This document shows positions 60,671 to 64,000 of a DNA stretch of 64,000 nucleotides, in pieces. The notes under the pieces were generated by a model that had not been told where the DNA came from, did no database searches, and saw nothing but the letters and a program-made list of their open reading frames with translations. Origin of the DNA: Nitrospirota bacterium (GTDB lineage Bacteria > Nitrospirota > UBA9217); contig CAWJQQ010000001.1 of assembly GCA_963845065.1 (NCBI GenBank), positions 832,001-896,000 of the forward strand. Reading direction: 5' to 3'. Position 1 is the first letter of the stretch; each line of letters begins with the position of its first letter. The position numbers and the translations under genes were made by a program.

Positions 60671-61488
60671 TCGCTAATAATCCCGTCCGGTGGGGGTGAC
60701 CCCGGAGTCCCTTTCTCCAAATGACCGCATGGTACTTCGAAACAATCTTCTAGCATTCCTCTGCGAGCGAGAAATTCGTTTCGCCGGGAGCATGATACTG
60801 AATAGGCTGTACCACCCAGATGCGCGTTTGAATCCGTTATTACATCGACATTGATGCTATACTGGATTCCTTCAGGGGCTAGTATGTGGCTGTCCACGAT
60901 GATCTAAAAATCTCATCGTTATACCTTCCTCGGTATCACATGTTGACCAGCATATCAACCGTTTTTATCCCTCAGCTCGTAATCATACTGATTGTGGAGT
61001 TTCTGGTGCTCTCGCGTGCGATCTAATGCAGGGACTATTTCGTTTGTCATTCACCTTTCACACGGATAAGGGAGACGTTTTTGGTCAAGCAGAAGGTTAT
61101 GACGTCCTCCCGGATGGAACGTGGCCGATGAAAAGGACCACGCTTTTTTCGACCACGACGGCAGCAGCAACTGCTCCAAAGTTGAGAGTAAAGATCATGT
61201 TGAGATAGCCCGTCTTATTGACAGAGGAAATCGTCTCCAGATCGATCCACAAGGATGCTCTTGCGTACCTCGGGACCGGCCACTTTTTAGTGTCTGGGCT
61301 TATAGCTCGCCGAAAAGGAGAAGCCGTGAACATATATTTATAGTTGACAGAAAACTAAAAAGTCACACAAAGAGAGCAGGCCCCTATGCACCCTTTTCTC
61401 GAAATCAGAAACTACCGTGTGCGTCGGATTCACCGCGGTACAAGCTTGCGTCTTGTATCTCCTAAACGATGCCAGTATAATATAAAAA

Positions 61489-64000
61489 ATGCCAGATGAC
61501 AAACAGATAATGCTGACACCGGCTGAGGCGGTCGAAGCAGGAATCCTGGACCTAACACAAGCGTCACGTAATTTTGCGCTGCTGCAGTCGGAGCTGGGGC
61601 ATGACGGCTTTCCTGAGCTGCTGCGACCACTGCTGAACGAGTTGTCCTGGTCGGCTGATCCTGATATGGCACTAAATAATTTTGAACGCTACGTGAACGC
61701 TCTCAATAACAATGCCCGGAGGTTAATAGCGCTTTGTCGTGTACGTCCTGATATCCTTCATTCCCTCGTTACGGTCTTTGGCGCAAGCCGATTCCTTTCT
61801 ACTTATCTCATCACCAGTGCTGAAGATAGTTTGGACTTCCTGGAGGCCCCGGAGTTTCTTGCACATCCCGCGGGTAAAGAAGCACTACTCAAACTATTCG
61901 CAGCTATGATCAACGAAGTTAGTGACGATGCAGGCTTCGCCCGAGCAATTCGCATATTCCGTAAACAGGAAATGTTCCGGATCGGGCTTCGGGACTTACT
62001 GGGCAAAGCCGACCTTCAGGAGATCGTGGGTGAGTTGTCCGACCTTGCGGAGGTTTGTCTCGAACAGGCTTATAAATGGGTCAATGCCGGACTCATGAAA
62101 CAATATGGCAGACCGGTCATTCATTTCGCCGATGGAACGGTGGCGGACGCCGGTTTTGCAATAATTGCCATGGGGAAACTCGGTGGACGAGAGCTGAATT
62201 TCAGTTCTGATGTAGACCTCATGTATGTTTACCGGGCTGATGGGGATACATTAGGAATACTGTCTGCCGATGGGAAAATATCCAACCGGATCACGAACCA
62301 TCAGTATTTCATCAAGATGGCTGAAAAAATAAGCGCTGCTATAGGCCAGAAGACCGCTGATGGATTCGTGTTTCGTGTGGATCTTCGATTGCGACCTGAG
62401 GGACAGCAAGGACCGCTGGCACAGAGTCTCGGTGGGTACGAGATCTACTACGAATCGTGGGGCCAGACCTGGGAGCGGTCGGCGCTGATCAAGGCCAGGC
62501 CCGTTGCGGGCGATGAGTCCTTGGGTAGGGATTTTCAGGATAGGATCGCCCCATTCGTGTATAGGAAATACCTCGATTACAGTGCCATTGCCGAGATTCG
62601 TGAAATGAAGCATAAAATCAACAAGGACGTGGAACAGAAAGGGAAAATTTATCGGGACGTCAAGCTTGGATATGGGGGTATCCGCGAGATCGAATTCGTA
62701 ATCCAGGCACTCCAACTCATCTATGCGGGCAGGGACCAGTCGCTGCGTGAGAAGAACGCACTAAAAGCTCTTCACACGCTCTCGCAAAAAGGATTGATTA
62801 GCTACCAGGAACATCAAATCCTCGCCAAGGCTTATATATTTCTCCGCACGGTAGAGCACCGAATCCAGATCGTAGACGACTTGCAAACACAGACTCTGCC
62901 GGTAGATGAACGGGAGTTACGAGCACTTGCCAGACGTACGGGATATCTTGCACGGGGAAGTGAGACGGAATCGCTGCTTCGGGACTACGCGGACCATGCT
63001 AAAAAGGTGCGAAGTATTTACGACAACCTGTTCTCTTTCACCGGGGAAGGGGGAGGGCTGCTATCACCGTCAAAAGATTATAACGCGTTACTCGATCCGG
63101 AAACGTCGGAGCAAGAGTCGGTCTCGCTTCTGGAGAAACTCAGGTTCCGCGACTCTGGGAAAGCATATCGTAACCTGCTCTTACTTCGTGACGGCGCGGC
63201 TTATGTTCATCAGACCCCCCGCAGTCGAAAGGTGTTCAACGAAATGTTCCCAAAGCTCTTCGAGGAAATTATCGTCTCACCAGACCCCGATTCGGCACTG
63301 AACCACCTCGAGTCGTTCCTTGCTACACAGGGCTCTTGGGATACCTTCTATTCCTTGATGAAAATCGATGCGTCGGCCCTACGGGTCTTGGTCGCTGTTT
63401 TTGCGAACAGCGAGTATTTATCAAGAATGCTTGTCAGCAGGCCGCAATACTTGCAGAACCTGTTAGAGTCGAGTAGGACTTCAAGTTTAGGTACCTATTC
63501 GAAATATGTGAAGGAACTGACAGACACACTTGAACAGACGGAAGACACAACGGTGAAGCTCGATGCGCTCAGACTATTCAAACACCAAGAGGAAATCAGG
63601 ATTGGGATGGAGGACCTACTTTCTCATGCTCGGCCCATGACGGTGTTCCATAACCTGTCAAAGCTTGCAGAAGTGTGCCTTAACGCCGCACTAAACCTGG
63701 CGGCAAAGGAAACGGGCAAACGATACGGCGGCGCAGGTTCGGTTTCCGGTCTGGCCATCATAGGTGTGGGAAAACTGGGTGGTAGAGAACTTACGTATGG
63801 ATCGGACCTCGATATCCTGTTCGTTTTTTCTGAACCCCGCTCGGTTGCACCGCCAACTGGCCTAACAGTCTTCGAGTATTTCAACAAAATGGCGGAAAAA
63901 ACTCTGGCCTATTTATCAACGCTCACTCGAGAAGGGTTCGTTTTCCGAGTGGATACTCGATTGCGACCGACGGGATCTAAGGGGACGCTCGTCCGAAGTA
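61489..64000 (+). CDS. glnE: Glutamine synthetase adenylyltransferase, runs off the window end (absent from the ORF track)
   Basis: Start at 61489 or 61510; AMGKLGGRELNFSSDVDL, FRVDLRLRPEG, WERSALIKAR, VKLGYGGIREIEF, second GKLGGRELTYGSDLD. Confidence 0.95.
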   Translation, partial: MPDDKQIMLTPAEAVEAGILDLTQASRNFALLQSELGHDGFPELLRPLLNELSWSADPDMALNNFERYVNALNNNARRLIALCRVRPDILHSLVTVFGASRFLSTYLITSAEDSLDFLEAPEFLAHPAGKEALLKLFAAMINEVSDDAGFARAIRIFRKQEMFRIGLRDLLGKADLQEIVGELSDLAEVCLEQAYKWVNAGLMKQYGRPVIHFADGTVADAGFAIIAMGKLGGRELNFSSDVDLMYVYRADGDTLGILSADGKISNRITNHQYFIKMAEKISAAIGQKTADGFVFRVDLRLRPEGQQGPLAQSLGGYEIYYESWGQTWERSALIKARPVAGDESLGRDFQDRIAPFVYRKYLDYSAIAEIREMKHKINKDVEQKGKIYRDVKLGYGGIREIEFVIQALQLIYAGRDQSLREKNALKALHTLSQKGLISYQEHQILAKAYIFLRTVEHRIQIVDDLQTQTLPVDERELRALARRTGYLARGSETESLLRDYADHAKKVRSIYDNLFSFTGEGGGLLSPSKDYNALLDPETSEQESVSLLEKLRFRDSGKAYRNLLLLRDGAAYVHQTPRSRKVFNEMFPKLFEEIIVSPDPDSALNHLESFLATQGSWDTFYSLMKIDASALRVLVAVFANSEYLSRMLVSRPQYLQNLLESSRTSSLGTYSKYVKELTDTLEQTEDTTVKLDALRLFKHQEEIRIGMEDLLSHARPMTVFHNLSKLAEVCLNAALNLAAKETGKRYGGAGSVSGLAIIGVGKLGGRELTYGSDLDILFVFSEPRSVAPPTGLTVFEYFNKMAEKTLAYLSTLTREGFVFRVDTRLRPTGSKGTLVRS

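Noticed and set aside
60667..61465. Short ORFs between the thioesterase and glnE
   Set aside because: No coherent frame or motif; possibly a decayed gene, cannot be called.
1..64000. CRISPR array associated with the Cas4-like domain
   Set aside because: No regularly spaced direct repeats with unique spacers were seen, and there are no cas1/cas2 genes.
1..64000. In-frame UGA selenoprotein genes near the sel machinery
   Set aside because: No ORF was found where UGA readthrough restores a recognisable Cys/Sec motif; the check was by eye and not exhaustive.

Overview
Bacterial window with three zones. (1) 354-24658 is a ~24.3 kb genomic island integrated in the 3' end of a minus-strand tRNA-Sec gene (selC, 24632-24730). 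It is bounded by a perfect 29-bp direct repeat with IHF-consensus and arm-type repeats inside each end. It carries an IS4 element that splits a relE toxin, a group II intron, a higBA-type TA pair, a Cas4/TM0106-like nuclease fused to an IS66 transposase, attC-like hairpins with cassette-like genes, a sigma54-controlled membrane/stress cluster, and an IS91-family (Y2 HUH) element. That element's tyrosine recombinase is interrupted by an internally deleted RIT element. (2) ~25.8-49.6 kb is a second accessory-looking block: ftsH, usp, pgm-glgP-glgX-HAD-ackA-cls-xfp-gnd-zwf with deletion scars, and a decayed ISL3 carrying a MITE. (3) 49.6-64 kb is housekeeping-like: Kef-type antiporter, MFS, selB, selA, metallophosphoesterase, rnr, thioesterase, partial glnE. 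Best candidate for a new system: three attC-like hairpins each end in GTTC and are followed directly by an IS91 oriIS-like end, suggesting tandem ori-cargo-hairpin units served by one rolling-circle transposase. Many frameshifts are present and some may be sequencing errors. All family calls are from motif recognition, not database searches.
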